DNA of 64,000 bases from positions 271,064,001 through 271,128,000 of the forward strand of contig OZ024743.1 in assembly GCA_964016885.1 (NCBI GenBank), in the 5' to 3' direction. The notes under the pieces were generated by a model. It made no database searches, was not told where the DNA came from, and saw only the letters and a list, made by a program, of their open reading frames with translations. The position numbers and the translations under genes are program-made. How positions within the stretch are numbered: the first letter of the stretch is position 1; each line of letters begins with the position of its first letter. Below are positions 12,025 through 24,847 of the stretch, piece after piece. This DNA comes from Eledone cirrhosa. Its lineage: Eukaryota.

Positions 12025-13256
12025 TTCTAGTTTGTAGGAAAGAAAATAAGGCGGCGGTCCCTTCTGGGAAATGGTCGTGCTCGGTGTGTAGGAAAGGCGT
12101 AGGTAGAAACTCCATTTTATGTCCTAAATGCAAAGTATGGGTGCATAAAAGATGTAGTGGGATCACAGGTAAGCTAACTAAGAACAGATTTTACATGTGG
12201 CCGGTGCTCTGGTGCAATAAGTAGCAGCAAGTGCCCACAAAATACTAGCTCTTTCAATTGCGCAGAGGGTTCTATAGAAATAGTGGACAGTTTCCGTTAC
12301 CTGGGTGATAAAATCAGCAGTGGGGGAGGGTGCTCTGAAAGTACAGTAGCTAGAGTCAGAACTGGTTGGAAAAAGTTCAGAGAGCTTATACCACTATTAG
12401 CTGCTAAAGGGTTCTCCCTAAAAATGAAAGGCAGGTTGTACGATGCCTGCATACGAACAGCAATGTTGCATGGCGGTGAGATCTGGGCATTGTGTGCAGA
12501 GGATATACGCAGACTAGAGAGGAACGAAGCTTGCATGCTCCGCTGGATGTGTAACAGTAATATACGTGAACGGCAAAGCATAAACGAACTAAGGAAAATA
12601 TTAGAAATAAGAGGGATCAGATGTTGTTTACTCGAGAGAAGGCTACGTTGGTATGGACACGTGATGCGCATGAAAGTCGATAGCTGTATAACAAAGTGCA
12701 GGGCAATAAAGATAGACGGTAGCCACGGAATAGGCAGACCTAGAAAAACCTGGGACGAGCTGATAAACTCCGACCTCACACACTTACACCTCTCCAAGAC
12801 AATGTCACTGGACCGAGACCTTTGGCGGTACTCAGTAACAGAGAAGACCCGCCTTACCTAAATACATAGTAAAACCTACTACAGCCAGTAGGCATCTAAC
12901 AAAATACCCCCCCCCCCCCGTCCCACCACCCCCAACCCATCCACGCCACCCCGTTCTATGTAAAGTTGTGTTGGTGCCACACCATCCAGGCCGAAACAAA
13001 TGAGATCATGTAGGTGTCACGACAAAAAAACACACAGTCCACGCTGTAATGTGGCCGTGTAGGCAACACGGTAAAAACCTCCCAGCCCCACACTTTAAAT
13101 GTGGTTGGTGTTAGGAAGGGCATCCAACTGTAGAAAACCTGCCAGACAGTCCTATGCGAGCAAGACAATCACTCTTGCCTCAAGTGGGACTACCCCCGTC
13201 CAAACCCATGCAAGCGTGGAACACGGACGTTAAACGGTGATGATGATGATGATGAT
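12025..13256 (+). mobile_element. 5'-truncated RTE LINE (subfamily A): PHD-like finger, RT thumb/C-terminus, 3'UTR, (GAT)n tail
   Basis: Encodes CSVCRKGVGRNSILCPKCKVWVHKRC, FRYLGD, RLRWYGHVMR and GRPRKTW, and ends in gatgatgat. Confidence 0.92.
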
Positions 13257-13258
13257 AT

Positions 13259-13912
13259 ATATCATCATCCTTGTTTAACGTCCACTTTCCACGCTAGCAT
13301 GGGTTAGACGGGAGTTGTCCCACTTGAGGCAAGGTTGGTCAGGTGACCGTGTCTCGCTCATATAGGACTATCTGGCAGGTTTTCTACGGCTGGATGCCCT
13401 TCCTAACACCAACCACATTTACAGTGTGGAACTGGGAACTTTTTACCGTGTTACCTACACGGCCACATTACAGCGTGGACTGTGTGTTTTTTTTCTCGTG
13501 ACACCTTCTCGATCTTGATCTCATTTATCTCATTTATTTGGACTGGATGTTGTGATACCAACTTTATAGAGAGGGGGTGGCGTTGGTGGGAGTGGGAGGA
13601 TAGGGTAGGGGTAGTGGATTGGGGTATATATTTGGTTAAGAGGTGCCTACTGACTGTAGGTTTCGCTTTGTACATAGGCAAGGCGGGTCTTCTGTATTAC
13701 TGCGTCGCGCCAAAGATCTCGGTCCAGTGACATTGTCTTAGAGAGGTGCAAGTGTGTAAGGTCGGAATTTATCAGATCGTCCCAGGTTTTTCTGGGTCTA
13801 CCTACTCCATAACTACCATCAATTTTGATCGCCCTGCATTTTTTTATACAGCTGTCGTCTTTCATGCGCATCACGTGGCCATACCAACGTAGTCTTCTCT
13901 CGAGTAAACAGC
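13259..13912 (-). mobile_element. 5'-truncated RTE LINE (subfamily A), tail-to-tail with the preceding copy
   Basis: ORF 13647-13940 (RRLRWYGHVMRMKDDSCIKKCR...GRPRKTW) nearly matches the end of ORF 12283-12861. The cat-repeat tail is at ~13260. Confidence 0.92.
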
Positions 13913-14022
13913 ATATATACATACCTATAAAGTTGTCCATCAGTTAAAAGTTTTGCTCAATGAATGAACAAACTAAATAATTAATCAATTAGTCAGAGCA
14001 TTATAAAATCATGAATAGATAA

Positions 14023-14054
<32 letters not shown>

Positions 14055-14057
14055 TAA

Positions 14058-14101
<44 letters not shown>

Positions 14102-14399
14102 TCACCATTTAACATCCATTTTTCCATGCTAGCATGGGTTAGACGAGTTGTCCCGTTATGCGACAAGTTCGATCAGATGACCGTGTCTTGCTCATACAGA
14201 ACTGTTTCTGGCTTGGTTTTTATGGCTGGATGCGCTTTCTAACGCCAATATATATATCTTTCCCTCCCTCAGGATTTTACTAATTGTTATATGTTATATA
14301 TGTATAGATTTAAAGATGTAAAAAGAGCTGCTTTGACACAATTTAAATTGCATGGCCCTCAGTTTTACATAGATGGACTTAAAAGCTCGTTGGTATCAA

Positions 14400-14857
14400 T
14401 GCTTGCAGAAGTGTATTGATCTAGATGGAGCATATATTGAAAAATATACATCATAACTTAAACTGTTTTTTTCCAACTGTCCTTTTTCCTCAAACTTTCT
14501 TTTTACATCTTCAACTGGGGATCATCTTCAACCTCATCCTTTCCACTTCTAAAATGACTTATCCATTTGTAGGTGGTTGTTTTCTTTGGAGCATTGTCCC
14601 CATAAACTTGCACCAGAGGGTCAATGATTTGGCTGCACTTCCACCATGAATTTGATGTTTTGAAGGAGGCCATGTTGCTCCAGCAGGTGCTGACTTCTGA
14701 CTGGTGCTGCCATGTTGCAACATGCATTTAAGGGTTCATATTAGAACATGTTATGACACGTTAGTATGAGAACATGCAGGTGCATTGAGATCAAAATCCC
14801 TGCATATGACTTTTAGCTATGTATTTTTTCCACAAACTTTTTGAAGCCCCCTCGTAT
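14400..14857 (-). mobile_element. mariner transposon 5' remnant (Hsmar2/irritans-like)
   Basis: Peptide QIIDPLVQVYGDNAPKKTTTYKWISHFRSGKDEVEDDP is a mariner HTH. The minus-strand terminus is TACGAGGGGGCTTCAAAAAGTTTG. Confidence 0.8.
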
Positions 14858-15621
14858 ATATATAACATATAACAATTAGTAAAATCCTAATGGAGGGGCC
14901 AGCGATTGTAATTTTACTAATTGATATATTAACTCTGTACATAAAAAGGTATCAGATATTACCATGATCTGTGATCTTCCCAGTTTCTGTACCACAAACA
15001 AACCATGCCAACAGGGGAATGGTTATGTGATGATGGTGATGAGGAGGAGGAGGATATATACTTGTAAACACACAAATATAAATTTTAACTCTTAACATCC
15101 TGTAAGGATTTCTCAGAAAATATTTTAAAATGGGTTTAAAAATTCAATTGTTTATAATAATTTTACTAGTTAACAGATTGTTGTTGAAAATCTGTAACAT
15201 TAGTGTAGACTTCAATCTTTTAATAGGATGTAATGATAGTGGTGTTTTGTACTTTTTGAGAATGTCTTGTTAATTTGGTTTCATGTGGTACAGGATGTTA
15301 AGATTTAATAATCTAATTCCTTGTCTACATTCATCATATATAAATACATTTATTATTTCTTCTCATTAAATGTTTATAAAAGTGTGTGTAATCATCAACA
15401 TTATTTTACTATTATTTTCCATGGGTTGGGCTGATCATCACAATGCTTAGCCTCTTTTCATATTTAGAATTATTGACCTCCTCTACTGCTCACAATGCCA
15501 CATCTTACTCATACATTCCATTTCTCTGTTTTTCTACATTTGAAAAAAAACAAAAACAAAACGTAAACATGGGTGTGTATGTAGTGTGTATGACTACATA
15601 AAAAGAAAAGTTAGAAAAACT

Positions 15622-16540
15622 TACCATGTATACTTGAATATAAGCTGACCCCTGTCCCTATTATCTGTCTGGGAAATGGACAAAACCCAAACTCTGTTTA
15701 TAAGCCGAGGCAGATAATGTGGGATATTAAGTAAATTTGCGTGAATAAAATGTGATGTGGTAAATAAATATATCCAAACACAAAGGAACCAAACTCCCAC
15801 TGTCACTGCCTCCGTCTCTCCCACTCTCTCCATCGCTCACTATTATGAGCAAATGGAGGCCCACAAGCTGGCGGCCCTGGCGGACAGATTAGTGAAGGCG
15901 TTTCCCCAGAGGATGGTGACGGAGACGTGCTGGAAGAACCATTCCTGCTCATGAGGCCAAATAACACGTTTGGATGGCATAGTTTTGAAATTCTCATAAG
16001 TATAAAATATATTTATGAAGTTTGAAATGTTTTTATGTTAAGGTTCAACAAGTTTTTGAATTTTTGTTTACTTCTCTGGCCATTCACATACTAGGAATAC
16101 TTTGAAAGCAAGAGATCGAATAAGAGAACTTTGTGTAAGGATTCATAGAGTAGAATAGGGAGAAAGAGACAGCAAACTAGAGAGCGTGAGCCAAAATATA
16201 AAATCAGATTTCAATCTTACATAAGATTAAAAGAAAAAGTAGTAAATTAAAGAAAAACATGTATGTGTGTGCATGTGTATTAAAAAGTTTAAATTATAAA
16301 CATTGGTTGGAAGTATTTTCAAGGGAATTCATAAATAACACCAATGACAATGTAAATATAGAAAAACAGTGTTTCGTGGTAAAATAATCACTCCAGGTAT
16401 TTTAGCACCATATTTACGTAGAATTTGAAGTTGGTGTAAATCAGCAAAATATTGATCTCAAATATAAGCCGACCCTCATTTTACTATCATTTTTTTTTTT
16501 TGTCACAATTCCTTGGCTTATATATAAATATATATATGGT
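15622..16540. mobile_element. pogo/Tc1-like non-autonomous element containing a CRE-like fragment (15790-15950)
   Basis: Termini taccatgtatacttgaatataagc / gcttatatataaatatatatatggta and internal ATAAGCCGA repeats. The inner minus-strand peptide is FFQHVSVTILWGNAF. Confidence 0.5.
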
Positions 16541-19079
16541 AGGTACAATCAAACCCTTTTTTTTTTATCAACCCTTTTGTTACCAGATTTCTAATGAATG
16601 TCACTGCCTATATCTTTAACCCTTTTGTTACCATACTTCTAATGAATGTCAGTGCCTATGGTTTTCAAATAATTTTGAAAATAATCATGAATTTGGCAGG
16701 ATTTAGTAATATAATTAACTTTCTCATTATTAAACTGGTGTTTGGAAGATAACTTAAGATTCTTACATACAATTATGGAAGCATAAATAAAAACGTTTTA
16801 ATATAAAGTTTTATATCGCCCGACCCAAGGCAGCTTCAGTCGGTTTGAAGAAAAAAACGTTATTTGACAATTTTTATGTAAACATTGGTGTATATATATA
16901 TATATAGCTATTTAAGTCTACACACAGAAAAATATGTAGAAAAAAATAATATAAGATCATTTCCCTTATTAAAAAGAAAAACATATTACAAAATGGTCAA
17001 ATTAGTTATAACATCTATTTTGGCAGGTTTGCCTTCATTTTATTTATTTCTGCTAGTGCATATGCTATTGTTGTATTAGGGTTGTGATGGTTATTGTTGT
17101 TGTGGTGGTTACGGAGTTGTTATGATGGTGATATGATGATTGTGTTATTGTAGTTCCCACTATGATGCTGGTGATACTTGTGATAGTTCATGTTGTGCTG
17201 TGATTTGTTGGTGTGATGGTGTTAGTTGTTACTTTTGTTGTGGTGGTCATAGTTTTGATGTAATGGTGATGTTGGCAGTTGTGGTGGCTGTAGTGGTTGT
17301 GGTGATGATGGTGTCAGTTGTGGTGGGGATGTGATAAGTGTTGTGGTGATGATGTTGGTAATGGTGTTGGAGATGTGATGGTGGTGTTGGTAGTGGTGTT
17401 GATGTGATGATGGTGGTGGTAGTGGTGTTGGAGATGTGATGATGGTGTTGGTAGTGGTGTTGATGTGATGGTGGTAGTGGTGTTGGAGATGTGATGATGG
17501 TGTTGGTAGTGGTGTTGGAGATGTGATGATGGTGGTAGTGGTGTTGGAGTTGTGGTGTTGGAGATGCGATGGTTGTTGTTGTTGTTGTTTGTGTTATAGA
17601 ATTTGTCTTGAAGGCATTCATTGTCTTCTAAATGAGATTTCTATATTTGTTCCAATTATACCAACATAAATACCTCCTGTAATTGCTCCCATTGGTGTTT
17701 TTCACTTTGGTCATTTCTCTTGTCCATGTAACTAGCCTTACATTCTTCTCTTCTCTCCCTCTGCCTGTCTGTCTGTCTGTGTGTGTGTGGAGGGAGGTGT
17801 GTGTGTTTCACTTTGGTCATTTCTTTCTTCCGTATAACTAGCCTCACCTTATCTGTCTGTCTGTGTATGTTTATGTGGAGTGATGCATGTGATGTGTGTG
17901 TGTTTATGTAGAGGGAGGTGTGTGTGTTTATGTGGAGGGATGTGTGTGTTTATATGGAGGGATTGTGTGACGTGTGTCTGTTGTGTTGAGATGTGTGTGT
18001 GTGTGTTTCATTTTCATTGTTTCTTTTGTCCATATCTCTGTGCATGTCTTTGTGTGAGTGTGGGGGGGGTATGTTTCTGAATGAGTGTGTGTATGGGGGA
18101 GGGGATATGTTTGTATCTGTGTACATTTTTACTTTAATTTTTATACACTATTTCACACACACACACACACACTTTTGGCATGGTTTCTATGAATGTATAT
18201 TTTATCATGGCACCAATACTTGAGAGGTTGTCTTGTCCTTGACATGACTAAAACATCCTACCCTACACTGTTACTGTTCAATTCCCAATGTGACCAATGC
18301 ATTCTCTATATTTTTCTGAGTTCAAAGGGAATAATAAAATGTACTTACATTTGTTTGCATTTTCACAGTGAAGCTTATAATTTAACCCTTTAGCATTTAA
18401 GCCAACTGTATCCGGTCAGAATTCTTTCCCCTTTTTGAAACTGGCCATAACCATCAGCTCATATCGACATTAAGGTATTGTTCTTAAAATAAACAATAAA
18501 ATCATCAAACTCTCGTAGGCTCGAGACTGTGAGATAAATCCTTTACCATGAATAAAGGATAAAGATCCCATAACTCCTTGTGGAGTCATAGAGGCACCAT
18601 CATATGGCGTATCTCGGGCACTTTTTAAACTTGGTGCAGCCCAACCCTCTCCAGGTCTGAACACAGCCGATTTCTTCTATAGAGGAAGAATCGACCCCAG
18701 TAATGGACAGGTACTTTTTTTATCGACCTCAAAAGGATGAAAGGCAAAGTTGACCATGGTGAGATTTGAATTTAGAGCATGCAATGAGGCGGGACGAATA
18801 CCATAAACCATTCTATCCGACACAATAGTAAATATGAGTAATGTAAATGCTAAAGGGTTAAAAACTCTATGTACTCATATATTATATTTATCTCAACATT
18901 ATATATATATATGTGTGTGTGTGTGTGTCTTACAGGTTAGCAGCTACAATTTTACACAAGGGCAAAACCATGAGTTCACATCTGTACAATGCACTGTTTA
19001 CTCAGTTTCAAGCTACTGTACATGTGCTACCGGATGCTATGGTGGACATGTATTTGCTTAATATACTTTTGTTTACATA

Positions 19080-20500
19080 GCTGTTGTTGTCATTGACACA
19101 GTAGTTGTTGTTGCTATTGGTGTAGACGCAATTGTTATTGTTGCAGACGCAATTGTTGTTGTTGTTATTGGTGTAGACGCAATTGTTGTTGTTGCTATGG
19201 GTGTCGACGCAATTGTTGTTGTTGCTATTGGTGTCGACGCAATTGTTGTTGTTGCTATTGGTGTAGACGCAATTGTTATTGTTGCAGACGCAATTGTTGT
19301 TGTTGCTATTGGTGTAGACGCAATTGTTGTTGTTGCTATTGGTGTAGACGCAATTGTTGTTGTTGTTATTGGTGTAGACGCAATTGTTGTTGTTGCTATT
19401 GGTGTCGACGCAATTGTTGTTGTTGCTATTGGTGTCGACGCAATTGTTGTTGTTGCTATTGGTGTAGACGCAATTGTTATTGTTGCTATTGGTGTAAACG
19501 CAATTGTTGTTGTTGCTATTGGTGTAGACGCAATTGTTGTTGTTGTTATTGGTGTCGACGCAATTGTTGTTGTTGCTATTGGTGTAGACGCAATTGTTGT
19601 TGTTGCTATGGGTGTCGACGCAATTGTTGTTGTTGCTATTGGTGTCGACGCAATTGTTGTTGTTGCTATTGGTGTAGACGCAATTGTTGTTGTTGCTATT
19701 GGTGTAAACGCAGTTGTTGTTGTTGTTATTGGTGTAGACGCAATTGTTGTTGTTGCTATTGGTGTAGACGCAATTGTTGTTGTTGCTATTGGTGTCGACG
19801 CAATTGTTGTTGTTGCTATTGGTGTCGACGCAATTGTTGTTGTTGTTATTGGTGTCGACGCAATTGTTGTTGTTGCTATTGGTGTCGACGCAATTGTTGT
19901 TGTTGCTATTGGTGTTGACGCAATTGTTGTTGTTGCTATTGGTGTCGACGCAATTGTTGTTGTTGTTATTGGTGTTGACGCAATTGTTGTTGTTGCTATT
20001 GGTGTCGACGCAATTGTTGTTGTTGCTATTGGTGTTGACGCAATTGTTGTTGTTGCTATTGGTGTTGACGCAATTGTTGTTGTTGCTATTGGTGTTGACG
20101 CAATTGTTGTTGTTGCTATTGGTGTCGACGCAATTGTTGTTGTTGTTATTGGTGTTGACGCAATTGTTGTTGTTGCTATTGGTGTCGACGCAATTGTTGT
20201 TGTTGCTATTGGTGTCGACGCAATTGTTGTTGTTGCTATTGGTGTAGACGCAATTGTTGTTGGGTTTGTTACTGACATAGGTGTTGTTGCTATTGTTGTT
20301 GTTGTTGGGTTTGTTACTGACATAGGTGTTGTTGCTATTGTTGTTGTTGTTGGGTTTGTTACTGACATTGGTGTTGTTACTATTGTTGTTGTTGTTGGGT
20401 TTGTTACTGACATAGGTGTTGTTGCTATTGTTGTTGTTGTTGGGTTTGTTACTGACATTGGTGTTGTTACTATTGCGATTGTTGTTGACGTTGTTGTTGA
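19080..20500. repeat. 30-bp minisatellite (about 38 units) followed by 45-bp units, just upstream of a TRAP1 acceptor
   Basis: Unit caattgttgttgttgctattggtgt(a/c/t)gacg, then about 5 units of gggtttgttactgacataggtgttgttgctattgttgttgttgtt. Confidence 0.97.
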
Positions 20501-20525
20501 CATAGTTGTTGATTATATTTTTCAG

Positions 20526-20608
20526 GTTCAAGTGACAAACATGAATTCCAGGCAGAAACCAGAAAGTTGCTGGATATTGTTGCAAAGTCCCTGTATTCTC
20601 AGAAAGAG
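20526..20608 (+). CDS. TRAP1: TRAP1 exon (first identifiable; starts phase 1): [27 protein letters not shown]
   Basis: TRAP1-type HEFQAETxKLLDIVAxSLYS motif, with boundaries ttcag| and |gtgaat. Confidence 0.95.
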
Positions 20609-20620
20609 GTGAATGTTCTT

Positions 20621-20712
<92 letters not shown>

Positions 20713-21144
20713 AAGAAAAAAACATTTAATTGGACTCTCATATTATGCACAAATAAACATGTTCAGAACATTTTATTCATTCCAAATATTCCAAATGGCA
20801 AGATTACAAGTTCACTCAATGGACACTATAGGCAATAAAACTCCAAGTAGAAATGTGATAGGTGATGATGTATTTGTTTTGCAAGGTTTTTGATATGAAA
20901 TCGTGTGTTGAAACACATATTGTTATACTTGTGGAGGGTTATGTTGTCCTAACATTGCCAAAAATAATAATACACTAACTGTTTGGTTTGGTTTGGTTTA
21001 AGTTCAATATATCTTTAGTGGGTGTGTTTTATTACTATTTTTAGCAATATTAGGACAACATGACCCTCTCCGAATATGACAAGAAATATGATAGTATTGC
21101 TGAAATAAATACAATCAATTCATTTATTTCCATAGCTTATTAAT

Positions 21145-21488
21145 ATACAAGGGTCAAGTGAAAAGTTCATAGGCTGAACAAGATACTCTCATGGAATGAC
21201 CAAATGAGGTTTATTTTTCAACATAGTCCCTGAAAAGAAACTATGCAGTTATTAATAAGAGTTGAAATTAATGCATGCAAGATTTCACAGCTCTAGCTTC
21301 AATCCTTCATAGGCAGACCAAGATACTCTCATGGAATGACCAAATGAGGTTTATTTTTCAACATTGTCCCTGGAAAGAAACAATGCAGTTATTAATAAGA
21401 AGAGTTGAAATTAATGCATGCAAGATTACATAGCTCTAGTATCATTTATTCATAGTCAACCTATGAATTTTTCAGCCAACCCACGTAT
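21145..21488. mobile_element. mariner-derived MITE with an internal ~140-bp tandem duplication
   Basis: Imperfect TIRs tacaagggtcaagtgaaaagttcataggctga / tcaacctatgaatttttcagccaacccacgta. The segment 'agatactctcatggaatgaccaaatgagg...' is present twice. Confidence 0.65.
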
Positions 21489-22384
21489 ACCAAACAGCAA
21501 AGTATATGTATTGATGAACACTTTAATCCTTTATTTAGCATTTATATAACTTTATATTTTCATGGTAAAGGCTTTACCTCACATAATTATCTCACATAAT
21601 ATTGAATCTATGAGATTTTGATATTATTTATGTTGAGAACAACACCTTAACATCAGTGTGAGTGGCCAGTTACAGCCAGTTTAAACAGAAAGAGGTAAGA
21701 AAATTCTGGCAGGATATGGCCGGTTTAAATGCTAAAGGGTTAAAGAAAGTTACTAGAAAAGCATTATGTCAAAATATAAAAACATATTTTGAAGCAGGAA
21801 GTAGGATAAACCTGCTTCTTTACAAAATGCTAAACATCCGACTGTTTTACATTCTTTAATGTCATGAGAAATTGAATATTGTAGTGAAATCAGGATTTTG
21901 ATGGATAACATGGTACTTGTTTACAAAAATATTTGCACAAACATGGCTGTACTCCAAGAGTTATATTATACAGAAAGAAATACAGTAAACTACTTAATTC
22001 TATATTATGCCTTTATTTTTTGTTTTGTTTTCTGCTTCTTTTGAAAAGAGTGTTGGGTGTGATGTAAGGGAGGTTTGATGGTTAATTCTAGCAAATAAAG
22101 CAGGGCTTTATCTCACTGGTGTATAAAGTGTCTTGATCCTTTTGTTTCCATGGTGAGAGCTTCCTACTCAAACCAAGGTTACTATTGGATATAAGTATGT
22201 ATGACCGAGGGACTAAGAACTTTGATTTGCAATATAAAGTCATAGGTTTAATCACACTGTGTAACATCTTGAGCATGTATTTTTACAGTAGTGTCAAGTC
22301 AACCCAGCCCTTGTGAGTGAAATTGGGTTGACAGAAACCTCGGATGCCCATCAGATGTGCCATACCTGTAATTCAAATGTCCAA

Positions 22385-22430
<46 letters not shown>

Positions 22431-22693
22431 CTACACACACTGCTTGGAGATTATGTTAACCCTTAAGGGCAAGATGTGGCCATCCAACCTGGCTCATATC
22501 AGACATTGGCAACCTGCTCAACCCATGCTAACATGAAAACAAACATAAAATGGTGGTGGTGGTGACCATATACTTCAAAATAGAAAGAAACTTGGGGACC
22601 ACCCGCACTTAGATCTCCCAACAAATGAATCACAATGTTACTTTAACCTTACCTCCTCAACACTCACACACCAACACTATCTACCACACACAG

Positions 22694-22836
<143 letters not shown>

Positions 22837-23241
22837 AACTTCTGCACCAATCTAATGTCTTCTTACCCAAGCCTCAATAATCAACATCACCACCACCATC
22901 ATCATCACCATTACCACCACCATCATCATCATCACCATTATATCAATCAGCATTGCCATCATCAATCAATAGCCTTCATAACAATTATCATCATCAATCA
23001 CCATCCTCACCATCATAATCATTACTATCATCATTACCATCATCAAAGATATTACTAGTTTTTCTGAAACTAACAGAAGGTATGCTTCATGCTTCAGCGA
23101 TTACAGCCATTAAAGTAGCCAGTTAGGTTCCATTCTGTTGCACTCCTTTCCCTTTCCTTCCTTCACTCTCTCTTTCTTTCTCTCTCCTTCTTTCTTTCAC
23201 ACTCTCTCTCTCTCTTTCCTTCTTTCTCTCTCTCTCTCTAT

Positions 23242-23278
<37 letters not shown>

Positions 23279-23814
23279 TATATATTTATATTTATGTGTG
23301 TGTGTGCATATCCATTTCCTCTCTTCAATCTCTGCAACACATCTATTACCAAATTCATCTCCACCCACCCCACCTTGCTGCACTGACACCACCATCTCCA
23401 CTACCAAAAACCTTTACCAAAGTAGCCCCCCCTCCCCCACCTCCACCTGTCACTCCCCCCTCCTCCCTGCCACCACCAACACATACAGCTTCCCACACTG
23501 TCACACTCCATTCCATCCTACATCTTAAAGCCAGCAATACCTCCACATGCTTCATAGATGTGTGAAGTTTAATTGCCCAACTGTCAGATGTGAAGAAACA
23601 TTTCTCCTAGAAACACAATTGCAGGTTTTGAAACCTATGGGGGGGGGGGCTGTTTTCCAACCCCCCTCCTCCTTCTGTTGGGTCTGTTGTTCGCCTCTGC
23701 TCCCTCCTACTCCCCCTCTTCAAAATATCCCACTGTCTCATCCATAATATTCATCTGTCTATATGTCTGTCCAGTAAAATGATGATGATTATATATATAT
23801 ATATGTATATATAT

Positions 23815-24310
23815 CATCATCATCACATTTTAATGTCCATTTTTCCAAGCTGGCATGGTTTAGAGGAGTTGTACTGTTGTGAGACAAGCCAGATCATGTG
23901 ACCATGTTTTGCTCACACAAACTGATTTTGGCTTGGTTTCTATGGATGAATGCCCTTCCTTGCTGTGTGCACTGGGTGCTTTTTATCGTGACACCTATAC
24001 GACCACTTTACAGTGTGGTCTGGGTGCTTTTTGTTGTGACACCTATACGACCACTTTACAGTGTAGACTGGGTGCTTCAACCTGTGCACATGGGAAGGTG
24101 GGTCTTCTATATTACTGCATAACGCCAGAGCTCTCGATTGTGTCATCACCTCTGAGGGGTGTAATTGTGCAAGGTCCCTTTTTATTACCTCATCCCAAGT
24201 CTTCCTAGGTCTTCCCACACCATAGCTTCCATCAACCTTGAGCACCCAGCACCTTTTTATACATCACATGTCCATACCAACGCAATCTCCTCTTCTGCAC
24301 ACTGCATCTG
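23815..24310 (-). mobile_element. Truncated RTE LINE 3' end
   Basis: Peptide VDGSYGVGRPRKTWDEVIK, 3'UTR motifs and a cat tail. Confidence 0.85.
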
Positions 24311-24847
24311 ATCCATCTTATGCAAGTAAAAGAGTTGGTGTCAGGAAGGGGTGTAAAACATTGCCCCACCCCACCCACCCCTCTCTCAGCTGTGAGCAGA
24401 CCTGGAGTGTGATGTGTTCCACCAGAATTAAATTACTGAAATGAGATTAAGAGCTATAGACAGATTGAAAGATACAGCAACTGCCACATAGAGAGGGGGA
24501 AATATACAATAAGAGCTACACAGAGAAGGGGAAAAGATACAGTAAGAACTAGAGAGAGAGAGAGAAAGAGAGTCTATAAGCCAGAAGACATGTAGACACA
24601 TGCACTGAAATCCACATTTATTATTATTATTCCTCCTTACGGGGTCGATAAAATAAAGTACCAGTAATGCACTGGGTAATTGCTGGCCTTGTGCCAAAAG
24701 TAGAAACAATTATTATTATTGCTATTAAAAAATCATTATTATTTGAAACTTCCTTTGAATTCTGCTTTTTACCAAATCATGGCAAGTGTCAACCTGACAC
24801 CTGAGGCAGAATTTGATAATACACGCATTTTACAATCATTATTATTA

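Noticed and set aside
19008-20612. Asn/Cys-rich 525-aa (-) and Val-rich 471-aa (+) ORFs
   Set aside because: Alternative frames of the same repeat. The + ORF overlaps the TRAP1 exon out of frame.
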